Positions 24,776-34,602 of a stretch of 64,000 nt of DNA are shown piece after piece. The DNA lies in IMG/VR virus record IMGVR_UViG_3300017613_000793, positions 5,195-69,194 of that record, one strand, 5' to 3'. Made by a program: the position numbers and the translations under genes. This DNA comes from a virus. The notes below the pieces were generated by a model. That model did not search any database. It was not told where the DNA came from and saw only the letters and a program-made list of their open reading frames with translations. Each line of letters starts with the position of its first letter. The first letter of the stretch is position 1.

Positions 24776-25708
24776 TCATTTTTTACTCCCGGCACACTTG
24801 GCAATCTGCTTGAGCATTTTGTCAGCCGTGCTCATAACCTTCTCAGCACTACGCTCTATCTTCTCAGCATTACCCTTCCAGTGAGCAATGTAATCTGCAG
24901 AACCTTCAAGTTCATCAATCCCAACACAAGCACACACTAAGTAAGCTGTGGCCTGTGCTTCCAGTTCTACTATCTCACGGACCTCACGTCCATCCACACC
25001 CTCAAACCGGGCAGTACGTTTGGCCTTGTCCGTGTGGCCTAACATGTGATGAGCAATCTCATGAAACAAACTAGCACATTCCTGAGCTTTGTTTTTCCGT
25101 CTTGCCACAGCAACCCTATTAGAATCATGGTAAGCCTTACCATCTGAAATAGCTTCAACCATCTCCACTTCATACTCAGGAAAACATTTGGACATGCCGT
25201 CAACCGTGAACTCTCTTCCTTCAAACTTAGAAGAGTTCATACCAATATCCAGGTCCGGTCCTTCAGTCTGTGCAACATCATAAACTGGTACAGAAAAAAA
25301 CCACACAAGACGGTCACGGTCAACCGTGGTCAACTTATAGTTTCCATCCTCTTCCTTAATCCGATGTCCTTCCTCATCCCTAGCATAGACAGTAACCTTT
25401 TCCTTCTTGAACTGAGGTGCTAAAATCCACTGAGCTTTGTAAGTCTCAGAAGGTTTAACTTTCCGTTTGTGTTTTTTCAACCACGTACCACGTCCGGCAC
25501 ACAAAGAAGCCTTTCTGTTCTGAAGCAGAATGAGCAGGTTGTTCCTAAAGGAATAAGAATGAAAGCCTGTTCTCCACTGTCCGGCAAACTTCTTGAGTTG
25601 TTCTGGTGACCGAATGATAACCCTCATCAAATCCTTCAGCTTCTCTTCAAGAATCTTAGTCCGTTCTCTAGCTGACATACCTTCATATTCTTTTGTTTTG
25701 GTCATCAT
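24776..25708 (-). CDS. ArdC-like ssDNA-binding antirestriction protein with zinc-metallopeptidase-like domain
   Basis: YSFRN.LLI..Q, G..TW...R.VK, VYDV.QT.G, HEIAH, ELEAQATAYLV, SADYI..W motifs. Confidence 0.82.
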   Translation of the reverse strand: MMTKTKEYEGMSARERTKILEEKLKDLMRVIIRSPEQLKKFAGQWRTGFHSYSFRNNLLILLQNRKASLCAGRGTWLKKHKRKVKPSETYKAQWILAPQFKKEKVTVYARDEEGHRIKEEDGNYKLTTVDRDRLVWFFSVPVYDVAQTEGPDLDIGMNSSKFEGREFTVDGMSKCFPEYEVEMVEAISDGKAYHDSNRVAVARRKNKAQECASLFHEIAHHMLGHTDKAKRTARFEGVDGREVREIVELEAQATAYLVCACVGIDELEGSADYIAHWKGNAEKIERSAEKVMSTADKMLKQIAKCAGSKK

Positions 25709-26055
25709 ATCTTCTCCTTTATTGGGATTCCAGATTCATCTATTGGCATTCCATATTCATCAACAAACACAACCTGACTATCATCAAGCTCCTGCAATTT
25801 TTTCTCTTCAAGCTGTGCCGTCTTACAACGAAGACCATTAAGCCGTGCAAGCTTTTCATACTTCGCATATTCCCAGTTAATTTCAATGTCATGGTCAGAC
25901 CAACGAAAAGTATGCTCTCTACATGGACATACAGTTACAACATGAAAAGAATTTCCAGACTTCCATCCCAGGACTCTAAGCTTGCTAAACCTAGAACACT
26001 TAGGACACCACTTCTCTAAAACCTTCAAACTTTTTTTGTTCTTTTTTGTGTTCAT
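25705..26055 (-). CDS. Zinc-ribbon hypothetical protein (start at MNTKK)
   Basis: RBS AGGAG; CPKC and CPC motifs. Confidence 0.6.
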   Translation of the reverse strand: MNTKKNKKSLKVLEKWCPKCSRFSKLRVLGWKSGNSFHVVTVCPCREHTFRWSDHDIEINWEYAKYEKLARLNGLRCKTAQLEEKKLQELDDSQVVFVDEYGMPIDESGIPIKEKI

Positions 26056-26068
26056 ATTTACTCCTATT

Positions 26069-26227
26069 TTAATATGCACAATCACCAAGGTTCGTGTACC
26101 CACCATAGCTCTCACCACATCGTAAACAAGCACACCCAACATAGTTTGTGGTGTTTGTTGAGACCATGGAATGACCAGACAGATAACAAACCATCTGACT
26201 AACAAGGTTCTTAATTTTGTTTATCAT
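26069..26227 (-). CDS. First gene of the putative early operon (52 aa, not in the ORF track)
   Basis: RBS AGGAGG; MINKIKNLVSQMVCYLSGH...CLRCG. Confidence 0.65.
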   Translation of the reverse strand: MINKIKNLVSQMVCYLSGHSMVSTNTTNYVGCACLRCGESYGGYTNLGDCAY

Positions 26228-26244
26228 ATTTGCCTCCTACATAT

Positions 26245-26274
26245 ATATTACCAGAGGTGAGAATATTCTGTCAA
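26245..26274 (-). promoter_or_regulatory. sigma70-type early promoter, 18-bp spacer
   Basis: TTGACA(26274-26269)-18-TAATAT(26250-26245), preceded by TGG. Confidence 0.72.
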
Positions 26275-26368
26275 GCAGTTTTTTACAGACTGGTACACCA
26301 GCTTTTCAAAAATAGTCAAAAACCCACAGGATAGTGGGGTATAGATAAAACAACAATACTACATGTTG

Positions 26369-26776
26369 TTATTTATTATTTTTAAATTTTTTGTTTTTAG
26401 GCTGTCCACCTGTACGCATTTTTCGCTTCATGTCTTCAACCATAATATCTCTAATGGTCTTCAGATATGTATCAAGTTCAAGCTTCACCTGTCTTAATGC
26501 ATGGATTGCTTCTTCGTATGGTGTTGCTAATCCCACCAATTTTGCGTAGCTTCTTCCAAGTTTTTCTTCCATTAGTTTATTGCTCCTTCTAATTTCTTCT
26601 AACAATGAACCCACAAATTTTACCTGCTCCAACAGCACGTGCTCTGCTTGGTCTAAGGAACCACACTGGTCCAACCAACCACCAAGATTGTTGTGCCTCT
26701 TCTCACACTCAGCTTCTATGGAAGCCACAAAACGGATTTGTGTGCCCACTACTTTTTCTATAGATTCTCCGTCCAT
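26369..26776 (-). CDS. Hypothetical coiled-coil protein
   Basis: Last ORF of the structural operon, coupled to the upstream gene. Confidence 0.65.
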   Translation of the reverse strand: MDGESIEKVVGTQIRFVASIEAECEKRHNNLGGWLDQCGSLDQAEHVLLEQVKFVGSLLEEIRRSNKLMEEKLGRSYAKLVGLATPYEEAIHALRQVKLELDTYLKTIRDIMVEDMKRKMRTGGQPKNKKFKNNK

Positions 26777-27024
26777 TATCCACCACCTATTGCTTTTAAA
26801 ATTAAATCTTTTAACATCCCAAAAATTAGTGAAGATAAAATCCCCACTACCGCTCCAAGTCCTGCAACCTTCAAATACAGGTTGTTAATTCTCTTATCTA
26901 AATCACCGTACAACTTGAATAGAGTTTTTAAATCTCCGTCAATATCTTCCAATGCCCGGAGAACATATCCACGCCATTCGTTCATCTTGTCCCGAAAGGA
27001 CCGTTCACCATTAATCTGAACCAT
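26776..27024 (-). CDS. Holin/hemolysin XhlA-like membrane protein
   Basis: Coiled coil followed by one C-terminal transmembrane helix; end of the tail operon. Confidence 0.5.
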   Translation of the reverse strand: MVQINGERSFRDKMNEWRGYVLRALEDIDGDLKTLFKLYGDLDKRINNLYLKVAGLGAVVGILSSLIFGMLKDLILKAIGGG

Positions 27025-27514
27025 TGCAATCCACCCTCATAGTCTCTGCCGGAGACCTTCCAATAAGTATAACGGCACTGGTTCCATTCCATCTTAGTGG
27101 TATTGCAATCAAGCTACCACCCATTCCCACATCAACTCTTTCTTCATTGTCTTCCTGAATATGTGGTGCTATAAAATCAATTTCATTTATCTCACCAGTG
27201 TCTATTGCTTTTTGCAAAGGACACTTCTCACATGGATGGTCTACACCAAACATCTCTGCAAAACATTTCCCACCAACCGTGGGTTCAGTACCACCCATTC
27301 TTTTCACGTGGTCCTTTGTGTATTGATTGACATACACAATCTCTAAATCCGGTGTGACAATCTCACAAAGGACTGGCATGTAATCTAACAAAGTTGTAAC
27401 AAGTTGAAATACAGAGTCCGGGTCATAATGTTGTTCCTCATGAATCTCTTCAGCCAACTCACGTGTTACTTCTTTTAGACGTAAAAGATTATCTGACATC
27501 TTTAATTTAGCCAC
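27011..27514 (-). CDS. Stand-alone PAS-domain protein
   Basis: LLDYMP...IVTPDLEIVYVN, G.KCF...FG.DHPCEKCPL..AI.TG motifs. Confidence 0.75.
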   Translation of the reverse strand: MAKLKMSDNLLRLKEVTRELAEEIHEEQHYDPDSVFQLVTTLLDYMPVLCEIVTPDLEIVYVNQYTKDHVKRMGGTEPTVGGKCFAEMFGVDHPCEKCPLQKAIDTGEINEIDFIAPHIQEDNEERVDVGMGGSLIAIPLRWNGTSAVILIGRSPAETMRVDCNGSD

Positions 27515-28212
27515 TAGAAAGCTCCACCTAGTTCATCAAAGTGCTTATAGTTTGCTTCAGTAAAAATTTTCTTATGCACACCTATCTTTCCATCATCTAT
27601 AAAGGTATGAGAACTTGGGGCATAGAGCATAGAAGCTTTTTGTTTTATCCAATCAGCATCCTTTTCAATTTCTAAAAAATCTATAATCTTTTTAAATTCA
27701 GCTTGTTGAACAGAATCATCACCACCACCTTTCTTGCCCACCAACTTTTCAAAATATGTTGTATAACAATTATCACACTCATCCCATTTTAACCAACGAT
27801 ATTTAAAATTCAAAATCGTAGCACAATCATCCCGGTCTTCCTCATCTGGAATACCGTCCATAATAAGATTAATAAAATCTGTCTTGTTCATTATCTTATA
27901 ATATGGCAAGTATTGTGGATGAAAACTTTTCTCTTTTACCGCTCTATACATAGAAGCTACAGCATCCTTTAGGTCACGAAGGATTGTAATCATTTTCACA
28001 TCTTCTGCAACCATCCAATCTGCAAATTCTTTTGTATAAGAAATGTGTTGTGTAAACACAGCAATATTTTCCTTGTGCATCATTCCAAAATTCAACATAC
28101 CTCCAGGTGACTTTACTTCTAAATTCCCCCGAACTTTACCTAGAATCTGTATGAGTCTATGTAACAGATGATTCCCACTTTTTGGGAAACCGTTCAAAAT
28201 AATCTTTTTCAT
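27514..28212 (-). CDS. Sulfotransferase-domain protein
   Basis: 5'-PSB loop GFPKSGNHLL, 3'-PB RDLKDAVAS, C-terminal GKIG. Confidence 0.85.
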   Translation of the reverse strand: MKKIILNGFPKSGNHLLHRLIQILGKVRGNLEVKSPGGMLNFGMMHKENIAVFTQHISYTKEFADWMVAEDVKMITILRDLKDAVASMYRAVKEKSFHPQYLPYYKIMNKTDFINLIMDGIPDEEDRDDCATILNFKYRWLKWDECDNCYTTYFEKLVGKKGGGDDSVQQAEFKKIIDFLEIEKDADWIKQKASMLYAPSSHTFIDDGKIGVHKKIFTEANYKHFDELGGAF

Positions 28213-28355
28213 AATTCATCCCTCTTAATTTAGTTGATGTCAATTTTGTGGCTCTAATACAAGCTTGCTGAATCTCTATCTTGGATACACCAAACCTTTT
28301 AGCTAACCATTCCACAGACACTTTGTCCTTAACTATGAATGTACAAATGCGTCTA

Positions 28356-28592
28356 TCAGTCTCTATACTCAAAGCCATCTTTCTTCTCCGTCAAATGCCA
28401 CTTCGTGGACTCTTCTGACATTTTGTCTATCCCATGCTCTTCTCCCAGAACTAAAACCAAATCTTTCCATTCCTGTTGCAACACTACCATTCTATCCTGA
28501 AAGGCTTTTTTCTCAAGCTCAATTCTTTCTTGCATAAGTAGAACTGCAATTTTTTGGCTCTCTGTAAATTTCTTTATTTTATGTTGAATCAT
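28356..28592 (-). CDS. Hypothetical protein
   Basis: 78-aa ORF in the operon. Confidence 0.55.
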   Translation of the reverse strand: MIQHKIKKFTESQKIAVLLMQERIELEKKAFQDRMVVLQQEWKDLVLVLGEEHGIDKMSEESTKWHLTEKKDGFEYRD

Positions 28593-28836
28593 GTACCACC
28601 TGCCATGTTCCTGCCACTTTTACCCAAACTTTTTCGCATTGCGTCCACACACCTCCTACCTTGACATATATCTTTTCAGCCTCATTCCACGCACCTGAAA
28701 CCTTAACATGAATTTTTTGAACGACAGAAACAGCACCTGCTATAGCATAAAGAACACCGTACTCCATATCTCCTGCATTTCCACCGGAAGCATAGAATAC
28801 CCCGTATTCCATATCTCCAGGATTTGTAGCTGCCAT
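28579..28836 (-). CDS. Small tail-fibre-associated protein
   Basis: Repeats GDMEYGV (x2) and V.V.G.W (x3), typical of fibre C-termini. Confidence 0.6.
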   Translation of the reverse strand: MAATNPGDMEYGVFYASGGNAGDMEYGVLYAIAGAVSVVQKIHVKVSGAWNEAEKIYVKVGGVWTQCEKVWVKVAGTWQVVHDST

Positions 28837-29280
28837 TATACTAAATCATCAAAATAGCAGATAGCATCTACACCATCTCCTATTCCTGGAGATAAAATCG
28901 GCACTGGATTTGCCATTCTTATTTTATATACAGCTTTTACTGCAGTAAATGAAAGTGTTAATTCCTCCCACGCACCTGTACTTGACGGTGTATCTGAATC
29001 TTGTACCTCTCCTGTTAATGTTAAAACTTCCAACCTGGGATTTGAGCCTGATAATGGATAGACATAGCAACTAATTGCTGCTACTCCTGCATCCAAAGCA
29101 TAATAAACCTCTTTCCATCCCCCAAGACCAAGAGCCAAACTATATGTTCCACCTCTCGCTTGAACGCTGGAAAACCACGAATTACAGTTTCCGATATGAG
29201 GCATCTTCAGAAAGCCTTTTTGGAATTGCACTGGTGTTGTTGCATAAGAAAGCTCTACCCCACCTGTGTATTCTGCCATT
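28836..29280 (-). CDS. Putative tail tip protein (carbohydrate-binding-like; start near MAEY, coordinate approximate)
   Basis: Beta-rich, ends YFDDL like CBM-type domains. Confidence 0.5.
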
Positions 29281-30073
29281 AATTCATCCTTATCCAAGAA
29301 CCATATTTTGTAGAGTATGTTCCATTCCAGTACATCCATGTTTCTCCGTCACATTGAACTCTCTCACCCTCACGCACATTAAATCCTGTTGGAGAATGAG
29401 AATAGCAATGCATAACACCATCCAACCTACCCATTAAAAGTTGTGAAGTCTCATCCAAAATAGGTGTTTCCCAAAAAAGATATTCACCATTAACTGTTTG
29501 ATAGAATTTTTCACTGCTGGTTTGAGCATATGGATTTATCACAACACCTGCTGTTGGAATATGATTCCAAAGAGCACCCCACAAACAGGCGGTTGCTGAA
29601 TGATATAATCCCAATGGATTATGCCAATTTGAACTGGCTGAACTTTTGGCAATAAGAATTGGCATACACAACGATGTATCAAATCTTTTTAATTCACCAA
29701 TATAACAAGCCTGTATGCCGTAGTATGATGCTATTATAACTCTATGGTCATTATAAATAACATACGCACTTTCACCTACATAAGAGCGGAATGAATTTGT
29801 AGGAAGTATTGTGAGACTATCCCCTGTTCCCACGTGAGTTGATGTATCCCAACCCTCCCACAATTCCAGCGTTGAATAATAAGTTTGATTATCTAGCACA
29901 TTCACATAAAAATCAACATTCTCACCTGAATCATAGCAACGATAGACTTTCTGGTTCGTTCCGGCTGAAGCATCATACACTGACCAATAAGTATTATTTA
30001 CAACCACTCCATCCCAGATTGCAGCTATTCTGCCACCTGCTGCTGTGTCTACCCAAACCTCTTCGCAAGCCAT
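29279..30073 (-). CDS. Tail tip/fibre protein, paralog 3 (start near MACE)
   Basis: Shares WSVYDASAGTNQKVYRC and ELWEGW...THVG with its neighbours. Confidence 0.65.
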   Translation of the reverse strand: MACEEVWVDTAAGGRIAAIWDGVVVNNTYWSVYDASAGTNQKVYRCYDSGENVDFYVNVLDNQTYYSTLELWEGWDTSTHVGTGDSLTILPTNSFRSYVGESAYVIYNDHRVIIASYYGIQACYIGELKRFDTSLCMPILIAKSSASSNWHNPLGLYHSATACLWGALWNHIPTAGVVINPYAQTSSEKFYQTVNGEYLFWETPILDETSQLLMGRLDGVMHCYSHSPTGFNVREGERVQCDGETWMYWNGTYSTKYGSWIRMN

Positions 30074-30861
30074 TATGTCAGCCTCACTAATCCATGATAC
30101 TTTGTAGAATATGCACCTTCCATATGAAGCCAAGGACCATCTTCTGCATGAATAATCTGACCATCCCACAAATAATTTTCTGAATTATAAAGATTTATAG
30201 CTCCATCTAACCAACCATATATTAACTTATGGTTATCACCTACTATTGCTGTTTCATTTAGATTATATCCCCCATTTAGTGTCTTTATGTAATTATCACT
30301 ATCTGCTTCAAAGACAGGATTTATTGCTGTCCCTGGTGCTCCCATATGATTAATTAGAATGCCCCACATTGTTGAAGTAGTTGCATGATACAATCCCAAT
30401 GGGTTATGCCAATATGTACTGGCTGAACTTTTGGCAATAATAACTGGCATATTTCTTGACACATCTGCCCTTTTGAGCTGTCCTATATAACACTGTTGAG
30501 AACCATAACTGGTACAGATTATAACTCTATGGTCATTGTATACCACATGAACCATTCTTGCTGCATAAACTCTAAATGTATTTGTCGGCATTGCTGTCAA
30601 ACTTCTTTTCTCTCCGACATGGGTTGATGCATTCCAACCTTCCCACAACTCTATTGTTGAATACAGTGTTTGGTTATTTATTACATTCACATAAAAATCA
30701 GAGTTGTTGTCGCTATCATTACACCGATAGACTTTTTGATTTGTGCCTGCACTTGCATCATAAACAGACCACTTAGAATTATTGACCACAATATCATCCC
30801 AAATATCTGTGATGTGATTTCCAACAACAGTCTCATCCAGCATTAATCTTTCATAAGCCAT
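30073..30861 (-). CDS. Tail tip/fibre protein, paralog 2 (start at MAYE)
   Basis: Same motifs as its neighbours; located in the tail module. Confidence 0.65.
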   Translation of the reverse strand: MAYERLMLDETVVGNHITDIWDDIVVNNSKWSVYDASAGTNQKVYRCNDSDNNSDFYVNVINNQTLYSTIELWEGWNASTHVGEKRSLTAMPTNTFRVYAARMVHVVYNDHRVIICTSYGSQQCYIGQLKRADVSRNMPVIIAKSSASTYWHNPLGLYHATTSTMWGILINHMGAPGTAINPVFEADSDNYIKTLNGGYNLNETAIVGDNHKLIYGWLDGAINLYNSENYLWDGQIIHAEDGPWLHMEGAYSTKYHGLVRLT

Positions 30862-30863
30862 TG

Positions 30864-31682
30864 TTACTCTTCCTTTATAAAACAAGAATATCTGGTGGAT
30901 GATGTTCCCTCAATATATCTCCAAGTGTCACCACCTATTGTCAGATAGTCATCATTATCCCAAGGGACATAATTATAATGCGGAGACACATTCTCTAATA
31001 GCCCCATCACCATCTGATTATTGGCTGAATCATCAGCAACTATAGCTGGTATTACAAAAGCAGAACCAGCTATTGTTTGAAACTTTTGGTCAGCATTGAC
31101 TCCATTATATGCCTGTACCACAACTTTTGGTGCACCTTTAGTCCCAATCAAACCTCTCCATATAGCTGATGTTCCTGTCCCCACACATCTGCCCAAAGCA
31201 TTATATCCTGAGGCGTACCCTGTGCTTGTAGTTATCAGAACAATCATTTGCCATGGTGCTGGACGACAACCTGGAGGAGTTTTAAGTGAACCAACATAGT
31301 TTGCTGCCCATTCAAATTTATCAACGTAGATAAATCTGTGTGGCAATGAACTAAAATAGTATCCACTAGCTGCCTTTCCAACATATGGATAATAAGAAGC
31401 CCCACCACCATAAGTGATAGAATATCCAACACCAGCATGAGTGCTTGTATCCCATCCTTGCCATATCTCTATCCTAGCATAACCTGTCTGATTATCTTGA
31501 ACATAAACATAATAATCTATAAGTGGGTCATTACTCGCATCCAAACAGCGATAGACTTTCTGATTTGTTCCAAACGTATCATAAGCTGTCCATTCAGAAT
31601 GGGGTGTCACTAAAAGGCTGTCAAGCATTGTTATAAACGCCCCTGCCACATTCAACGCTGTTGCACTACTTGTCCAAGCCAT
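30864..31682 (-). CDS. Tail tip/fibre protein, paralog 1
   Basis: YDTFGTNQKVYRC and EIWQGWDTSTHAG motifs. Confidence 0.65.
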   Translation of the reverse strand: MAWTSSATALNVAGAFITMLDSLLVTPHSEWTAYDTFGTNQKVYRCLDASNDPLIDYYVYVQDNQTGYARIEIWQGWDTSTHAGVGYSITYGGGASYYPYVGKAASGYYFSSLPHRFIYVDKFEWAANYVGSLKTPPGCRPAPWQMIVLITTSTGYASGYNALGRCVGTGTSAIWRGLIGTKGAPKVVVQAYNGVNADQKFQTIAGSAFVIPAIVADDSANNQMVMGLLENVSPHYNYVPWDNDDYLTIGGDTWRYIEGTSSTRYSCFIKEE

Positions 31683-31685
31683 TAT

Positions 31686-32369
31686 TTAATACTCACAATA
31701 AATATCACCATTATCACCTTCTGTAGTTGGAGCATCATCACTAGAAAATATCCTTCTCCCAAACTCCAATCCATCTGGAACAGAATTTACTTTAACATAT
31801 CTATCATCCTGAGAAGTATATGCTGAAGGTGTATCTGCCAAAGCTAAAAAGTCATCCATATTTACCCACTCACAAGCTGTCTCTCCAGTATTGACTCTTA
31901 ACAGCTTTAATGATTCTCCTGCGATTGTTGGAACATCTTCCAAGTCTTCTAAATCAGCCCCAAATTCTACCGCATCTGGAGTGTCATTGACTCTCAAAAT
32001 TTTTAAACCTTGTCCTGAATAGTCTGATGGAGTATCAGCCAAGGCAACAAAAGAAGTGGCAAGTGTTGTAAACTCTAAAGCATCTTCACCAACATTTACT
32101 ATAAGACCTTTTCCAGCTTGTCCTGAATAGTCTGATGGAGTATCAGAAAAATACAGGAACGATGATTCATCAAAAGTAACTCTGTCTTCATCAGCATGGA
32201 CCATAAGAAATTTATTTCCTTGGTCAACATAACTAGCTGGTGTATCAAGAAGCTCTGAGAAATTAGAAACTCTTCCTGTAGTCCTCACCCTAAGTGCAAC
32301 AATCCTACGCTCTAATCTTTGAGCCAAAAGCTCAAATTCCTTTTTGGTTATAGCTCTATCACCTATCAT
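31686..32369 (-). CDS. Tail fibre shaft protein with four repeats
   Basis: F..L.DTP..Y..Q repeats; exact 30-bp DNA repeat at 32009-32038 and 32117-32146. Confidence 0.7.
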   Translation of the reverse strand: MIGDRAITKKEFELLAQRLERRIVALRVRTTGRVSNFSELLDTPASYVDQGNKFLMVHADEDRVTFDESSFLYFSDTPSDYSGQAGKGLIVNVGEDALEFTTLATSFVALADTPSDYSGQGLKILRVNDTPDAVEFGADLEDLEDVPTIAGESLKLLRVNTGETACEWVNMDDFLALADTPSAYTSQDDRYVKVNSVPDGLEFGRRIFSSDDAPTTEGDNGDIYCEY

Positions 32370-32377
32370 TTTAGCTC

Positions 32378-33919
32378 CTAATAAGATTGTGTATCAAGCA
32401 CACATGTCATCACAGTATGTCCAGTTGCTACTATCTTCCTCACTTTTAATATTCTAAACAACACAGCATCCAAAGAACCACCTGTAGCATCTGCTCTAGC
32501 TTTTGTTATTTTTACTTTATCAGCACCCGGCCTTAAATCAAACCCATATCCAGATACTTTTATTTGAATTTTCTTTTGTGGGTATTCTGTTAAAGCTTGG
32601 TAGTCCTGTGCCCTTTGTCCAGCATCCCCACTATCCTTAAAATAAGTTTCAATAGCAAGCAGCTTCTTCTTCCCATACACATACTCTGCAACTTCAGAAT
32701 CAAACTCTTGCTTCTTGTATGTTTTTGTAGTTGGGTCTTCATCATACAAAATCTGAACTGTTTTGTGCACAGATGCCAAATCTCTCCAGGATACAAATTC
32801 TATAAAATCTTCATCTTTAAGGTGTGGTGTTCCGGCTGGCTCACCTGTGGTATAATAATCAACTGTGTATGTACCGTCATCCAAATTGTAATTGAATTTA
32901 AAAAGACTTCCAGATTCCAACCTAGTTAGAAAAGTATTAAATGAAATTTCTGTATCTAACTGTGGGTTCAAAGGTGCAGGACGTGCTGCTGCAAATGCTG
33001 CAAATGCTGCAGAATCTAGTTCAGATGCATCCCTACCTAAAATCTCCACAAGCACATCTTCAAGAATATCAGCCACGTTATCCATTACTGACCCACCACC
33101 TGTCTTGTAGCCTTTGAATGATACTAAAATTTCAGATTGGTCACTAATTTCATTGTATAAATTTTCTCTCACAGCATGAGATGTAGTCAAATCCCCCACA
33201 CTTACTTTCTGTGTCTTTCCACCAACTCTAGTCTCTGATTGGTCTGAATGAATCTCCACCCTTAAATTGCCAGTAGGAGTACCAACTTTTTTCATCCAAA
33301 GCGTAACCTTCGTTGCATAAAAATCGTAGTCAACAGGTGTCTTAAAACTCTGTGCAATCTTTGTTATTGAGCCTGTATTTCTTACTGGATAATCTGCAGT
33401 ATAATAAGTCCCATAAGGATACTCAACTTTCAACTCTTCTTCACCCTCAATAGAATTTTTACCATACACCCTAAAACAAAGGTCCACTCCAGAAAAACCT
33501 GTCCAACTATCTACTGAATCAATATTATATTTTTGTCCATCAGCATAAGTTCCAGAAGAGTCACCTGCAATTTCAACATAGTCAGAACCATTAACAGTCC
33601 AATCCCCTTCTACCAAAAAATAATAAGTAGTATCCTTGGTCAACTTCGGCATACCGTAGATTGTAAATTCAGCATTAGTAAGGTCTTCTTCATAATCATC
33701 TGTAATAGCCAAATCAAAACCATCGGCTGATACACTATCAATACTGTATATCGCTCTCTTTGCCAGCTTGTATTTTAAAGTTGTTGTATCAATACATACA
33801 GGAGTGACATTAGATTTTACGCCATAAGTTTCTGGTATAGGAAACCCCTCAAACCATGGGTGTAAATTGGGATAGTCTGCAACCCAATATTTGTATTTAG
33901 GAATTATTTCTGAAAACAT
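32378..33919 (-). CDS. Tail tip/baseplate hub-like protein
   Basis: 513 aa, position downstream of the distal-tail-like genes. Confidence 0.6.
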   Translation of the reverse strand: MFSEIIPKYKYWVADYPNLHPWFEGFPIPETYGVKSNVTPVCIDTTTLKYKLAKRAIYSIDSVSADGFDLAITDDYEEDLTNAEFTIYGMPKLTKDTTYYFLVEGDWTVNGSDYVEIAGDSSGTYADGQKYNIDSVDSWTGFSGVDLCFRVYGKNSIEGEEELKVEYPYGTYYTADYPVRNTGSITKIAQSFKTPVDYDFYATKVTLWMKKVGTPTGNLRVEIHSDQSETRVGGKTQKVSVGDLTTSHAVRENLYNEISDQSEILVSFKGYKTGGGSVMDNVADILEDVLVEILGRDASELDSAAFAAFAAARPAPLNPQLDTEISFNTFLTRLESGSLFKFNYNLDDGTYTVDYYTTGEPAGTPHLKDEDFIEFVSWRDLASVHKTVQILYDEDPTTKTYKKQEFDSEVAEYVYGKKKLLAIETYFKDSGDAGQRAQDYQALTEYPQKKIQIKVSGYGFDLRPGADKVKITKARADATGGSLDAVLFRILKVRKIVATGHTVMTCVLDTQSY

Positions 33920-34599
33920 TATGAACTCCTTGCATCCTCTATATTCATAACAACCTCATTTTCACTCCAGCTTACATCACCTACCCAACCTCTCCAAAGA
34001 ATAGCTACATCCCCAGAAGGTGCTCCACGGTAAGTTATCTTCACCAAAATTAATCTGTTCTCATACACATAATCATTTAACCTAGAATCAAAATATCCAT
34101 CAGCATTGATATAAGATACTGACCCAAAAGATTCTCTCACTCCACCTTCATGATAATCAGAAACTTCTGAAACAACGTCCGGCACAGAATCTGAATTTAG
34201 ATATGGCAAATAATAGTGGTTATTAAATATCACAGGTTCCTTAGCATCCTGAGAGCTACAAATATATTCCCAGAAATAACCCATAATTAAATACTTGGTT
34301 CCAATTCCTGGGTCATCAGAATCTTCCATGTGGAGATACAATCTCCGTGGACTTACACTGTCATCATAAAACCAACTGGATGCATTGCTATCTAATGTAG
34401 CAAGGTCTGCACGTACTGTGTATGGTAAACCGCTTTCATAAACAGAATCTACAACACCATCATCATGCTCTATATACCAGCAATTTGTATAAGTCCCATG
34501 CTGTGTCCAACTGTCTCCATCCACACGGTGACCCAAATGGGTCTCTGTGATAAAAATCTTTTCCCAATTAGGCTTAGATAATATATCTGCAAACGCCAT
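33919..34599 (-). CDS. Minor tail protein
   Basis: Position in the tail module; W.G.V.DV.W C-terminal motif. Confidence 0.55.
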   Translation of the reverse strand: MAFADILSKPNWEKIFITETHLGHRVDGDSWTQHGTYTNCWYIEHDDGVVDSVYESGLPYTVRADLATLDSNASSWFYDDSVSPRRLYLHMEDSDDPGIGTKYLIMGYFWEYICSSQDAKEPVIFNNHYYLPYLNSDSVPDVVSEVSDYHEGGVRESFGSVSYINADGYFDSRLNDYVYENRLILVKITYRGAPSGDVAILWRGWVGDVSWSENEVVMNIEDARSS

Positions 34600-34602
34600 A
34601 GT

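Noticed and set aside
29279-32369. Diversity-generating retroelement or shufflon
   Set aside because: No reverse transcriptase, invertase or adenine-specific TR/VR pair seen; the similarity is ordinary paralogy
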